61,119 nt of DNA, from assembly GCA_029565465.1 (NCBI GenBank), contig JAKQOD010000652.1, forward strand, positions 1 through 61,119, given 5' to 3'. The position numbers and the translations under genes were made by a program. This DNA comes from Deltaproteobacteria bacterium. GTDB taxonomy: Bacteria > Myxococcota_A > Polyangia > Haliangiales > Haliangiaceae. The notes under the pieces are model-generated. The model made no database searches. It was given only the letters and a program-made list of their open reading frames with translations, and had not been told where the DNA came from. Position 1 is the first letter of the stretch, and the number at the start of each line of letters is the position of its first letter. This document shows positions 37,649 through 46,404 of this stretch, one piece after another.

Positions 37649-38560
37649 ATGAGCAGTTTTCTGCCAAACGCACCTATCGCGGCTCGCATCTTAAAAGCGC
37701 TTCGAGCGCAACAATCCGCCAAGGTCATCGACTTTTCTGCGTTCAAGCGCGGTCGAGAACAAGCGGAGATGCTCGATCAGTCGATGGTTACGCCCACCGA
37801 ACTTGAGGGATTCTACCCGGGGCATGCGATGTATATCGTCGCGCAAAATTGGGCGTCCATCATGATGGAAACATTAACGGCAATGGAAGAAGCCGCAAAA
37901 TTCGCAGCGCTGATCGGTGCCGCTGACGAAGCTTATATGCCGCAAGGCCCACCCATGAGCCCGATTACGACTTCATGTTTTTCTATGTGGGCGGCGTTTG
38001 ACGCTGCAGTTGGCCTACGCAATGAAACGCTCGGCAGTATTATCCTCCACCTAGGTCAGCACCTGGGAGTCGATGGCACGACGCTTCGGTTGGTTGGCGC
38101 CATGCAAGACTCGGCGATGCGAGTGTATAGCGCCATCAGTGTCGACATGGACGTGGTTAGGCTTCTCGACATTCTCTCCGGGCAAGAACTTGATGCATAC
38201 TGTTCAGCTGGCCGCCGAATTCAGCAACGCGAACTTTGGCTGGTACGCGTGTTACCGCCCGCCCGCGACGGCGAGCTCGCCATCGCGATGACAACGCCTT
38301 ACGTTCTGCAAAACGCCGATGCCCCCGCCTGGCGTGCTTACTTCCAGCGCGCGCTTGGCGCCGCGGCAGCAACACCTGCCAAAACCCAAGCCGCACTAAA
38401 GTTTCGAATCGATTGGCTTGAATACATCTTCGCTGCCTATGCAAGTCACAGTGATAGCGAGGTGTACCTAACAGGAATACCTGATCAACCAGCAAGCTTG
38501 CCGCACTACAGCGACTGCCATCCACTCGCACGATTTGGCCGCGGTCCGAAGAAGAAATAG
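37649..38560 (+). CDS. Hypothetical protein (303 aa), first gene of the defence-island block
   Basis: ATG-initiated coding-like ORF with no motif recognised. Same strand as, and ~100 nt upstream of, the ATPase gene. Confidence 0.55.
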   Translation: MSSFLPNAPIAARILKALRAQQSAKVIDFSAFKRGREQAEMLDQSMVTPTELEGFYPGHAMYIVAQNWASIMMETLTAMEEAAKFAALIGAADEAYMPQGPPMSPITTSCFSMWAAFDAAVGLRNETLGSIILHLGQHLGVDGTTLRLVGAMQDSAMRVYSAISVDMDVVRLLDILSGQELDAYCSAGRRIQQRELWLVRVLPPARDGELAIAMTTPYVLQNADAPAWRAYFQRALGAAAATPAKTQAALKFRIDWLEYIFAAYASHSDSEVYLTGIPDQPASLPHYSDCHPLARFGRGPKKK

Positions 38561-38659
38561 GCCAGCGGCCAAGCGCACCTGCGTCGCTTCCGTCTACCAA
38601 GTTGGCCTGAATCTCCATGGTTTTTGGCCGTACGTTGGCCTATTCTTGGACTGCTCATC

Positions 38660-39748
38660 ATGCCGGCCTTTCTCGAAGAAATTTCAATTCGCGGCTACAA
38701 GTCGATTCGCGAGTTGCAGTCCTTCAAAATGCTGGAGGGCCTGAACGTCCTCATCGGCGCCAATGGTTCGGGGAAGACCAACTTCATCCGGTTTTTTGAG
38801 TTGCTTGGCAACATCATCGATCCGAACAAAGGACTGCAGAACTACGTTCGCGCGCGCGGCGGCGCAGATGCCTTGTTGTTTCGCGGGATGAAGGTGACGC
38901 CAACCCTCAGTGCGAGTCTGAAGATTGCACGAAACAGCTACAATTTTACGCTCAAGGCCGCCGACGATCGTTCGCTCTTCTTTGAAAAAGAAGCCGCTCC
39001 GTTTGATGGGCCGATGTATGGCGTGACGAGTAACAATTTTGGCGGCGGTCACCTCGAAAGCAAGCTTGTACAGCGCGACAGTCCTTCAGCCAGCGAACTT
39101 TGGATCAGGACGACTCTCGCGCGTTGGCGTGTCCATCATTTCCACGACACGTCACCGGCGGCTGCGGTGATGGGGCGATGCAATATTGTAGATTCTGCCT
39201 CTTTGCAAGATAACGCCGGGAACCTCGCGGCTTTTTTGCTCGACATCGAAAAAAATCATCCCGCGCATTTTGCTCGCATCGTTGAAACGGTGCGGCAAGT
39301 GGCACCGTTCTTCGGCAGGTTTGAGCTGCGAGATGTGGGCGCTGGCCAAACTCAGTTGTTGTGGAAAGATCGCTACTCGGACCTAATCTATTATCCGCAC
39401 CAATTATCCGATGGCACGCTTCGTTACATCTGCTTAGCAACGCTGCTGCTGCAACCGAATCCACCCGAGATGTTGGTTATCGACGAACCTGAGCTGGGCC
39501 TGCACCCTTTTGCGATCAAGCTGCTGGCTAGCCTGCTGCAAGAAACCGCCCAAACGTGTCAACTCATCGTCTCGACGCAATCGTCGCTTTTGCTGGATGA
39601 GTTGGCTCCAGAACAAGTCATCGTCGTTAACCAACAAGATGGCGAATCAACATTTCAGCGGCAAGATCCAGCACGACTGGCGGCGTGGTTGCAAGAGTAC
39701 ACGCTCGGTCAACTTTGGGAAAAGAATGAGTTGGGTGGGCTGCCTTGA
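38660..39748 (+). CDS. ABC-type (AAA_15/AAA_21-like) ATPase
   Basis: Start re-picked to the ATG at 38660: MPAFLEEISIRGYKSIRELQSFKMLEGLNVLIGANGSGKTNF (Walker A). LSDGTLRYICLATLL (signature-like). EMLVIDEPELGLHP (Walker B/D-loop). STQS (H-loop-like region). Confidence 0.85.
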   Translation: MPAFLEEISIRGYKSIRELQSFKMLEGLNVLIGANGSGKTNFIRFFELLGNIIDPNKGLQNYVRARGGADALLFRGMKVTPTLSASLKIARNSYNFTLKAADDRSLFFEKEAAPFDGPMYGVTSNNFGGGHLESKLVQRDSPSASELWIRTTLARWRVHHFHDTSPAAAVMGRCNIVDSASLQDNAGNLAAFLLDIEKNHPAHFARIVETVRQVAPFFGRFELRDVGAGQTQLLWKDRYSDLIYYPHQLSDGTLRYICLATLLLQPNPPEMLVIDEPELGLHPFAIKLLASLLQETAQTCQLIVSTQSSLLLDELAPEQVIVVNQQDGESTFQRQDPARLAAWLQEYTLGQLWEKNELGGLP

Positions 39749-40437
39749 ATAGCGAGTGGGTTCGACTCTATGTCACGGTGGAAGGCCCCACCGAAAAGAA
39801 GTTTGCCGATGAAACCTTGTGCCCTCACTTGGCGCTTTTTTCCATCGATCTTCGCCCGCGCATCGTGATCACGAACCGCAAGCTGGGCGCCCGCGGCGGC
39901 GGCCAATACTATGAAACGATTCAAGGCGACCTCGCGCGGCTGATGCGTGAAGACGCTAGCAGTAAAGCGCGCTTTTCAACCATGGTCGATTTGTATGCAC
40001 TTCCGCTTCACTTTCCTGGCAAGGCCGACGCGGAGCGCATGACCGAAGCGGTAACGAAGGTTGAACACTTGGAGGCTGCTTGGGCGACAGCCGTCGCAGA
40101 CCGCCGATTTATTCCGTTCATCCAGCTTCATGAATTCGAAGCGCTGCTTTATTGCGATTTAGCGGAGCTAGAAAAGCGCATCGAAAACGCCACCGCTGGC
40201 ATCACCGCGCTCCGTCGAGAAGTTGGCCACTTGGCGCCGGAGGCGATCAACGAAGGCCCTACTACTGCACCGAGTAAGCGCATCATTCGCCATGTGCCTG
40301 CTTATCAATTCAACAAGCCACGTGTTGGGGCCCCCGCCGCATCCGCAATCGGTCTTTCCGTGCTGCGCCAGAAGTGCCCACATTTCAGTCAATGGATCAC
40401 AAAGCTTGAGAACCTAGGTTCGCCGATCCAGGCGTAG
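39745..40437 (+). CDS. DUF4276-like protein (Toprim-like acidic motifs?)
   Basis: TTG start overlapping the ATPase stop (TTGA). RLYVTVEGPTEKKFADE near the N-terminus, MVDLYALP, FIPFIQLHEFEALLYCD. This matches my recollection of DUF4276, which is typically paired with an AAA ATPase. Confidence 0.7.
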   Translation: MNSEWVRLYVTVEGPTEKKFADETLCPHLALFSIDLRPRIVITNRKLGARGGGQYYETIQGDLARLMREDASSKARFSTMVDLYALPLHFPGKADAERMTEAVTKVEHLEAAWATAVADRRFIPFIQLHEFEALLYCDLAELEKRIENATAGITALRREVGHLAPEAINEGPTTAPSKRIIRHVPAYQFNKPRVGAPAASAIGLSVLRQKCPHFSQWITKLENLGSPIQA

Positions 40438-40461
40438 CAACGGCGAGCGCAACTGTCCGGA

Positions 40462-40482
40462 CTTTCCGGATAGTTCGAACCA
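40462..40482. repeat. Copy 1 of a 21-bp direct repeat containing the palindrome GTTCGAAC
   Basis: CTTTCCGGATAGTTCGAACCA. The partner at 40727-40747 is ATTTCCGAATAGTTCGAACCA (19/21 identical). Confidence 0.8.
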
Positions 40483-40535
40483 AAGGAAATTGCACGGGTT
40501 CTTATTAGGTGGTGCCCATCAACGAGCATCCTGCG

Positions 40536-40562
40536 AATTGTGCAAGCACCACTTGCACAATT
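40536..40562. promoter_or_regulatory. Perfect 11-bp inverted repeat with a 5-nt loop, in the hsdR leader
   Basis: AATTGTGCAAG-CACCA-CTTGCACAATT. No T-tract follows, so it is an operator or RNA hairpin rather than a clear intrinsic terminator. Confidence 0.6.
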
Positions 40563-40726
40563 AGGCGGCAGGCGTGCGTCGGAGGGGCTCATCGGCTATC
40601 GCGCAGCGAGTACAGAGACGGTGTTAACCGCTCTTCAGTATGTTCCAAAATGGAACCTACTGCCGGAAACGCATTGCGGTGACAACAACACCGACGGTCG
40701 CCAACCCAAGCCGGCAACTATTAGGA

Positions 40727-40747
40727 ATTTCCGAATAGTTCGAACCA
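40727..40747. repeat. Copy 2 of the 21-bp direct repeat containing GTTCGAAC
   Basis: ATTTCCGAATAGTTCGAACCA, 85 nt upstream of the hsdR ATG. Confidence 0.8.
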
Positions 40748-40831
40748 TGGCATTGCCCGATTTGGGGGGCATCATGCGATTGCCCTCGATGGCGGTTGCT
40801 CGCCCGTCGACAACCGCCTATCGTTGAAGTG

Positions 40832-43261
40832 ATGGACAAACGGGGGCTTTCTGAACGGGACATTTGTACCAAGTTCATTACGCCTGCGTTGGAGCGAGCG
40901 GGTTGGGACGTGCACACCCAGCTACGTGAAGAAGTAAATCTTACCGATGGCCGCATCATCGTGCGCGGTAAGCTCGTCACGCGCGGCAAGAACAAGCGCG
41001 CCGACTATGTGTTGTATTGGAAGCCGGGCATTCCGCTAGCGGTGGTAGAAGCCAAGGACAACACGCATCCAATCTCGGCCGGCATTCAGCAAGCACTTGA
41101 ATACGCAGATATGCTCAACGTGCCGTTTGCGATTTCATCCAACGGCGATGGCTTTGTGTTGCACGATCGCAGCGGCCAAGCCGCCAAGATGGAAACCTCG
41201 CTCGCGCTTGATGAGTTCCCAAGCCCCGACGAGTTGTGGCTACGCTACCGGCGTTGGAAAGGCCTCGAAACCGTCGACGCGCCCGCACTTACGCAGGACT
41301 ACTATTCCGACGGCAGTGGCAAAAGCCCACGTTACTATCAGATGAACGCCATCAACCGCGTGATTGAAGCGGTGGCAAGCGGTCAAGATCGCTTGCTGCT
41401 TGTGATGGCCACCGGCACCGGCAAAACCTACACCGCGTTTCAAATCATCTGGCGCCTTTGGAAATCCGGCACTAAAAAACGCATCCTGTTTCTCGCTGAT
41501 CGCAACATCTTGGTTGATCAAACCCGCACCAACGACTTCAAGCCGTTTGGTGGCAGCATGACCAAGATCACCAACGCCAAAGCTGATCCGTCGTTCGAGA
41601 TCTATCTCGCGATCTATCAAGCCATCACTGGCAACGACATCAAAGAAGATCTGTTTCGGCAATTTTCGCCAACGTTCTTCGACCTCATTATCGTCGACGA
41701 ATGTCATCGCGGCAGCGCCAAAGACGACTCGGCGTGGCGCGATGTGCTGACCTATTTTTCAGCGGCAACCCAACTGGGCCTCACGGCAACGCCCAAAGAG
41801 ACCACCAGCATTTCAACCAGCAACTACTTCGGCGAACCGGTGTACACCTACTCGCTGCGCCAAGGCATCGACGACGGTTACTTAGCGCCCTACAAAGTTG
41901 TGCGGGTTGACCTCGACAAAGACCTCACCGGTTGGCGTCCCGAAGTTGGCAAAACCGACAAGTTCGGCGAAGAAATCGCCGACCGCGTTTACAACCAGCG
42001 CGACTTTGACCGCAACATCGTGCTTGAAAAGCGCACCGAGCTGGTCGCCAAAAAAGTCACGCAGTTTCTACGCGAAACCAACCCGATGGATAAGACCATC
42101 GTGTTTTGCGAAGACATCGACCACGCTGCGCGCATGCGCCAAGAGTTGGTCAATGCCAATCCAACTCACTGCGCTAAAAACAAAAAGTACGTGATGCAAA
42201 TCACCGGCGACAACGAAGAAGGCAAAGCCGAGCTCGACAACTTCATCATGCCTGAATCGCTGTATCCGGTGATCGCCACCACCAGCAAGCTGATGACCAC
42301 CGGCGTCGACGCCAAAACCTGCAAAGTCATTGTGCTCGATCAGACCATCAAATCGATGACTGAGTTCAAACAGATCATCGGCCGCGGCACTCGCGTCGAA
42401 GAAGACTACGGCAAGCTGTACTTCACGATCATCGATTTTCGCAAAGCCACCGAGCTGTTCGCTGACCCAGATTTCGACGGCGACCCCGTTGTGGTTTACC
42501 AGCCGCCAGTAGACGGAACGCTTGCACCACCCGACGAAGTGCGCGACGCCGATGGCAATCTAATTACAGATCCTGAACTACTTGCCCAAGCGCTGGCCGA
42601 ACGCGAAGCGGCACAGGCTGCAGGAGCACAAACTGCGCTCGCTGGCTCGTCCGACGCCAGCACCTACACCGGCGAACTCAATCGGGATACCCCGGCCCGC
42701 CGCGTGCGGTACATCATCAACGATGTCGAAGTGTCGATCGCGGCCGAGCGCGTGCAGTACTACGGCAACGATGGCCGGCTGATCACTGAATCGTTGCGCG
42801 ACTATTCAAAGAAAACGATTCGCATGCGCTACGCCTCGCTCGATTCGTTCCTCAAAACCTGGACCGCGTCCGACCGAAAACAAGCCATCATCGACGAGCT
42901 GCGCGAGCAAGGCGTGTTCTTCGACGAAATCGCTGACCAAGTGGGTAAAGACTACGCGCCATTTGACTTGGTTTGCCACGTAGCCTTCGACCAACCGCCG
43001 CTAACTCGGCGTGAGCGAGCCAACAACGTGCGCAAGCGCAACTACTTCACCAAATACGGCGACGCCGCCCGCGCCGTGCTCGAAGCCTTGCTCACCAAGT
43101 TTGCCAATGAAAACATGGACGAACTCGACAACATGGCCGTCCTCAAGATCAACCCGCTCGCCGCCATGGGCACGCCAGTCGAACTGGTCAAACGCTTCGG
43201 CACCAAGGCCCAATATCTCGAAGCCATCGCCGAGCTGCAGCTGCAGTTGTTCACAGCGTAG
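40832..43261 (+). CDS. hsdR: Type I restriction enzyme, R subunit
   Basis: Start re-picked to the ATG at 40832: MDKRGLSERDICTKFITPALERAGWD (classic HsdR N-terminus). PRYYQMNAINRV, LLVMATGTGKTYTAFQ (motif I), LIIVDECHRGS (motif II), LGLTATP (III), QIIGRGTR (VI). Confidence 0.92.
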   Translation: MDKRGLSERDICTKFITPALERAGWDVHTQLREEVNLTDGRIIVRGKLVTRGKNKRADYVLYWKPGIPLAVVEAKDNTHPISAGIQQALEYADMLNVPFAISSNGDGFVLHDRSGQAAKMETSLALDEFPSPDELWLRYRRWKGLETVDAPALTQDYYSDGSGKSPRYYQMNAINRVIEAVASGQDRLLLVMATGTGKTYTAFQIIWRLWKSGTKKRILFLADRNILVDQTRTNDFKPFGGSMTKITNAKADPSFEIYLAIYQAITGNDIKEDLFRQFSPTFFDLIIVDECHRGSAKDDSAWRDVLTYFSAATQLGLTATPKETTSISTSNYFGEPVYTYSLRQGIDDGYLAPYKVVRVDLDKDLTGWRPEVGKTDKFGEEIADRVYNQRDFDRNIVLEKRTELVAKKVTQFLRETNPMDKTIVFCEDIDHAARMRQELVNANPTHCAKNKKYVMQITGDNEEGKAELDNFIMPESLYPVIATTSKLMTTGVDAKTCKVIVLDQTIKSMTEFKQIIGRGTRVEEDYGKLYFTIIDFRKATELFADPDFDGDPVVVYQPPVDGTLAPPDEVRDADGNLITDPELLAQALAEREAAQAAGAQTALAGSSDASTYTGELNRDTPARRVRYIINDVEVSIAAERVQYYGNDGRLITESLRDYSKKTIRMRYASLDSFLKTWTASDRKQAIIDELREQGVFFDEIADQVGKDYAPFDLVCHVAFDQPPLTRRERANNVRKRNYFTKYGDAARAVLEALLTKFANENMDELDNMAVLKINPLAAMGTPVELVKRFGTKAQYLEAIAELQLQLFTA

Positions 43262-43325
43262 GCGCACGAGCGAGAATCAGCTTTCGAAGATGGCGCGTCG
43301 ATCGAAGGCGCAGTAAGCTTCGGCC

Positions 43326-44066
43326 GTGGTCTGGAACGCACCCGATAGGCACATTGAGACGTTTGTGCGCAACCCATTGATTCTTGTGGTTGCCGAGGCA
43401 AAGTTCGAACCGCTCCTCAAATTGGATCATCGAATTGCCGATATTCAAGATGCGCTGCGTGGCGCATTTCCGCGGTATCAGCGCGCTCCCATCAAAATGG
43501 TAGACCTTGCCCCCGATGGAATGCTTTCGGTTTTGGACGGAACGGTCCACACCTTCACTTCGTCTGATAGCGCCACTACTTTGAATTTGAGCAACAATTC
43601 ACTCTCGCTTCAAACCCGCGACTATCGCGACCGTGCGTTATTTGCCGAAGCCCTAAAAACCGGTTGGGTCGCCTTAAACGCGGCAATGCCTGGGGTCGTG
43701 CCAACTCGGCTTGGGCTTCGATATATGAATGAGTTGGTCCTCTCGACCATCGCAACGGATCTGAATCGTCAATTGACCTGGTCTGATTTGCTCAACGACT
43801 CATTGCTTGCTAGACCGTTGGGACACGCTCCGAGCGCTGTAGTGCAATCCGAAATACGAGATACTACGGCCAAAGGGGGCAACCTCACGTTCCGCTTCGC
43901 TAATCTACCGGATGGGAAATTTCGTTTAGATTACGATCGGTTCGACGAAGGGGCCTTTGAGCCAAACGATTTGTTTGCAAAGCTCTCGCACTTCGCAGAC
44001 GATATCTACGTGCTGTTCATGGCTAGCATCACCAGTGGCATGCTAGATTGGATGAAGAAGACATGA
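43326..44066 (+). CDS. Uncharacterised protein, TIGR04255-like (from memory)
   Basis: GTG start at 43326. ...FVRNPLILVVAEAKFEP... resembles the N-terminal pattern of TIGR04255-family proteins. No catalytic motif recognised. Confidence 0.6.
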   Translation: MVWNAPDRHIETFVRNPLILVVAEAKFEPLLKLDHRIADIQDALRGAFPRYQRAPIKMVDLAPDGMLSVLDGTVHTFTSSDSATTLNLSNNSLSLQTRDYRDRALFAEALKTGWVALNAAMPGVVPTRLGLRYMNELVLSTIATDLNRQLTWSDLLNDSLLARPLGHAPSAVVQSEIRDTTAKGGNLTFRFANLPDGKFRLDYDRFDEGAFEPNDLFAKLSHFADDIYVLFMASITSGMLDWMKKT

Positions 44067-44338
44067 CGTTACGTGGGCAACAATTGGGCGAACAAGTTGT
44101 TCAGGCACGCTGGATGTCGGCGCAGGACACCTCCGTGCCGCTTACCAACACGCAAGTTGCACAGTTCGCAAGTGGCACCGGCGTGAGTTGCTTTCATCAC
44201 GACTTGATTGCAGTGCCAGCGTTCCTTCGAAAAATCGCAGCGGTTCTCCCGGTGAACGAAGAAGCGGATCGAGCGCTTAACGCTGAGCTTAGCCGCGTCT
44301 ACGCAAACTTTCCGATTCGTAAAATAGTTCGCCGCTAG
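44063..44338 (+). CDS. Small hypothetical protein (91 aa)
   Basis: The ATG at 44063 overlaps the TGA of the preceding gene (ATGA). The track start at 44048 is TTG. Confidence 0.5.
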   Translation: MTLRGQQLGEQVVQARWMSAQDTSVPLTNTQVAQFASGTGVSCFHHDLIAVPAFLRKIAAVLPVNEEADRALNAELSRVYANFPIRKIVRR

Positions 44339-44349
44339 GTATCGATTTC

Positions 44350-44889
44350 ATGCCGGCGACAAACGAGCGATGGCCACCGGTCTATGATGAAAACGATCTC
44401 GAAGGCGCAATCGCTAGCGCACTGCGCCAGATCGGCAAAACGTTCTTCGAACCAACATTGCTCGATGGCTGGTGTCAAGGCGATATCGTCGGTCTAGCTG
44501 GAGCCGTGCCGATCGTTGGCCCGAACGGTGAAGTTAGTGTGCTCGACGTACCCTCATCATATTGGCTATTGCTTGGCAACAGTTGCGATCTCGACAGATC
44601 GCTCGACGAAGTGGCCTGGGCACCCGCCATTCCGCTGCTGCCATGCTCGCTGTTATCGCCACAACGCATAGCCACCATGCAAAGCTATCAAACAGTACGC
44701 ACGTTTTTTGTGCAGAGTTGGGGCGCGGAAACGGGCGACGCGTATGGCGATTTCACACTTATGGCGTCCGTTTCGAGACAGTGGCTTTTGCAACAAAAGC
44801 CCGTCGCGCGACTGCGCCAGGCAAGCTGGACACTGCTGAACGCGTGCTTGGTGCGCTACCTGGCCCGCAGCGACGGGCGCAATGACTAG
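44350..44889 (+). CDS. Hypothetical protein (179 aa)
   Basis: The ATG lies 11 nt after the previous stop. Coding-like (…WCQGDIVGLAG…WLLLGNSCDLDR…AIPLLP…). No family recognised. Confidence 0.6.
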   Translation: MPATNERWPPVYDENDLEGAIASALRQIGKTFFEPTLLDGWCQGDIVGLAGAVPIVGPNGEVSVLDVPSSYWLLLGNSCDLDRSLDEVAWAPAIPLLPCSLLSPQRIATMQSYQTVRTFFVQSWGAETGDAYGDFTLMASVSRQWLLQQKPVARLRQASWTLLNACLVRYLARSDGRND

Positions 44890-44955
44890 CACGGCCACAC
44901 GACTGTAGCCGCCAACCGTAGCGGGGCTGGGCGTTTTTTGCGTAAGCTGCGCGGC

Positions 44956-46404
44956 ATGTCACTCGGTACAACGATCAAAGGCATCCAAGACATCATGCGC
45001 AAAGACGCGGGTGTCGACGGCGACGCGCAGCGGATCAGCCAATTGGTGTGGATGATCTTTCTCAAGGTGTTTGACGACCTTGAAGAGCAGCGCGAACTCG
45101 AAGGCGATTACAAGTCGCCGATTCCGCAGAAGCTGCGCTGGCGCAATTGGGCCAAAGATGCCGAAGGCATCACGGGTGACGCGCTGGCGGACTTCATCAA
45201 CAACGACTTGTTCAAAACGCTCAAAGAGCTACCGGCCACCGGCAAAAATGCCGCGCTTGCAGGCGTTGTGCGCGGCGTGTTTGAAGATGCGTTCAACTAC
45301 ATGAAGTCGGGCACGCTGATTCGCCAAGTGGTGAACAAGCTCAACGAGATTGATTTCAATCGCTCGTCAGACCGCCACGAGTTTGGCGATGTCTACGAAA
45401 AGCTGCTGTCTGACCTGCAAAACGCAGGTAATGCTGGCGAGTTTTATACGCCGCGCGCAGTGACCCAATTCATCGTTGACCAAGTGGACCCGCAGCTCGG
45501 CGAAAAGATCCTCGACCCAGCCTGTGGCACCGGTGGCTTTTTGACCTGTGCCATCGAGCACGTGCGCGGCAAATACGTCAAAACCGCAAAGCAGGAAACC
45601 ACCCTGCAAGACAGCATCTTTGGCGTCGAGAAAAAGCCGCTACCGCACTTGTTGTGCGTGACCAACATGATGTTCCACGGCATCGAAGTGCCGTCGCAGA
45701 TTCGCCACGACAACACGCTGGCGCGGCCACTGCGTGACTACGGCGCCAAAGACAAAGTGGATGTCATTATTACCAATCCGCCGTTTGGTGGCATGGAAGA
45801 AGACGGCATCGAAAACAATTTCCCCGCCGCGTTTCGCACGCGCGAGACTGCCGACTTGTTCTTGGTGTTGCTCATCACCTTGCTCAAGCCCGGCGGCCGC
45901 GCCGCCCTGGTCTTGCCCGATGGCACGCTGTTTGGTGAAGGCATCAAAACCCGCATCAAAGAAAAGCTCCTCGAAGAATGTAACTTGCACACCATTGTGC
46001 GGCTGCCTAAAGGCGTGTTTGCGCCTTACACCGGCATCAAAACCAACTTGTTGTTCTTCACCAAAGGTGAGCCAACCAAACACGTTTGGTTCTACGAACA
46101 CCCGTACCCTGCTGGCGCCAAAAGCTATTCCAAAACCAAGCCCATGCGCATCGATGAGTTTGCGCCCGAGAAAAAGTGGTGGAACAAGCGCAAAGAATCC
46201 GACCAAGCCTGGAAAGTTAGCCTCGCCGACATCCAAGCCCGAGGCTACAACCTCGATTGCAAAAACCCACGCGCCGTCGAAGAAGGCGCTGGCGATCCCG
46301 ACGAGCTTTTGGCTCAGTATCAACTGGCGGTCGCCGAGGCTGCGAAAGTCAGGGAGATGCTGAAGGAGGAATTGCGGAAGGCGATTGAGGGAGGTGGGAA
46401 GTGA
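44956..46404 (+). CDS. hsdM: Type I restriction-modification system, M subunit (N6-adenine DNA methyltransferase)
   Basis: ATG at 44956: MSLGTTIKGIQDIMRKDAGVDGDAQRISQLVWMIFLKVFDD (HsdM N-domain). GEFYTPR, ILDPACGTGGFL (SAM motif I), IITNPPFGG (motif IV). Confidence 0.92.
   Translation: MSLGTTIKGIQDIMRKDAGVDGDAQRISQLVWMIFLKVFDDLEEQRELEGDYKSPIPQKLRWRNWAKDAEGITGDALADFINNDLFKTLKELPATGKNAALAGVVRGVFEDAFNYMKSGTLIRQVVNKLNEIDFNRSSDRHEFGDVYEKLLSDLQNAGNAGEFYTPRAVTQFIVDQVDPQLGEKILDPACGTGGFLTCAIEHVRGKYVKTAKQETTLQDSIFGVEKKPLPHLLCVTNMMFHGIEVPSQIRHDNTLARPLRDYGAKDKVDVIITNPPFGGMEEDGIENNFPAAFRTRETADLFLVLLITLLKPGGRAALVLPDGTLFGEGIKTRIKEKLLEECNLHTIVRLPKGVFAPYTGIKTNLLFFTKGEPTKHVWFYEHPYPAGAKSYSKTKPMRIDEFAPEKKWWNKRKESDQAWKVSLADIQARGYNLDCKNPRAVEEGAGDPDELLAQYQLAVAEAAKVREMLKEELRKAIEGGGK

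Noticed and set aside
37505-38659. Search for an island border signature (tRNA, integrase, att repeats) at the gsk side, and likewise at 52856-53049
   Set aside because: Nothing recognisable was found by eye. At the right border I saw only a 12-bp palindrome, CCGGTGCACCGG, near 52950 and small hairpins. This is insufficient to call an att site or a mobile-element end.
40540-40827. 95-aa ORF in the hsdR leader
   Set aside because: The composition is not protein-like and there is no SD. The region is better explained by the repeats and palindromes reported as a finding.
44905-44939. Possible intrinsic terminator between the three-gene cassette and hsdM (GC-rich segment followed by T6 at 44934-44939)
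   Set aside because: The best stem I can draw (AGCCGC / GCGG-GGCT) is short and bulged and lies 5 nt from the T-run. I cannot support it without a folding calculation. It is worth checking because it bears on whether hsdMS is transcribed separately.
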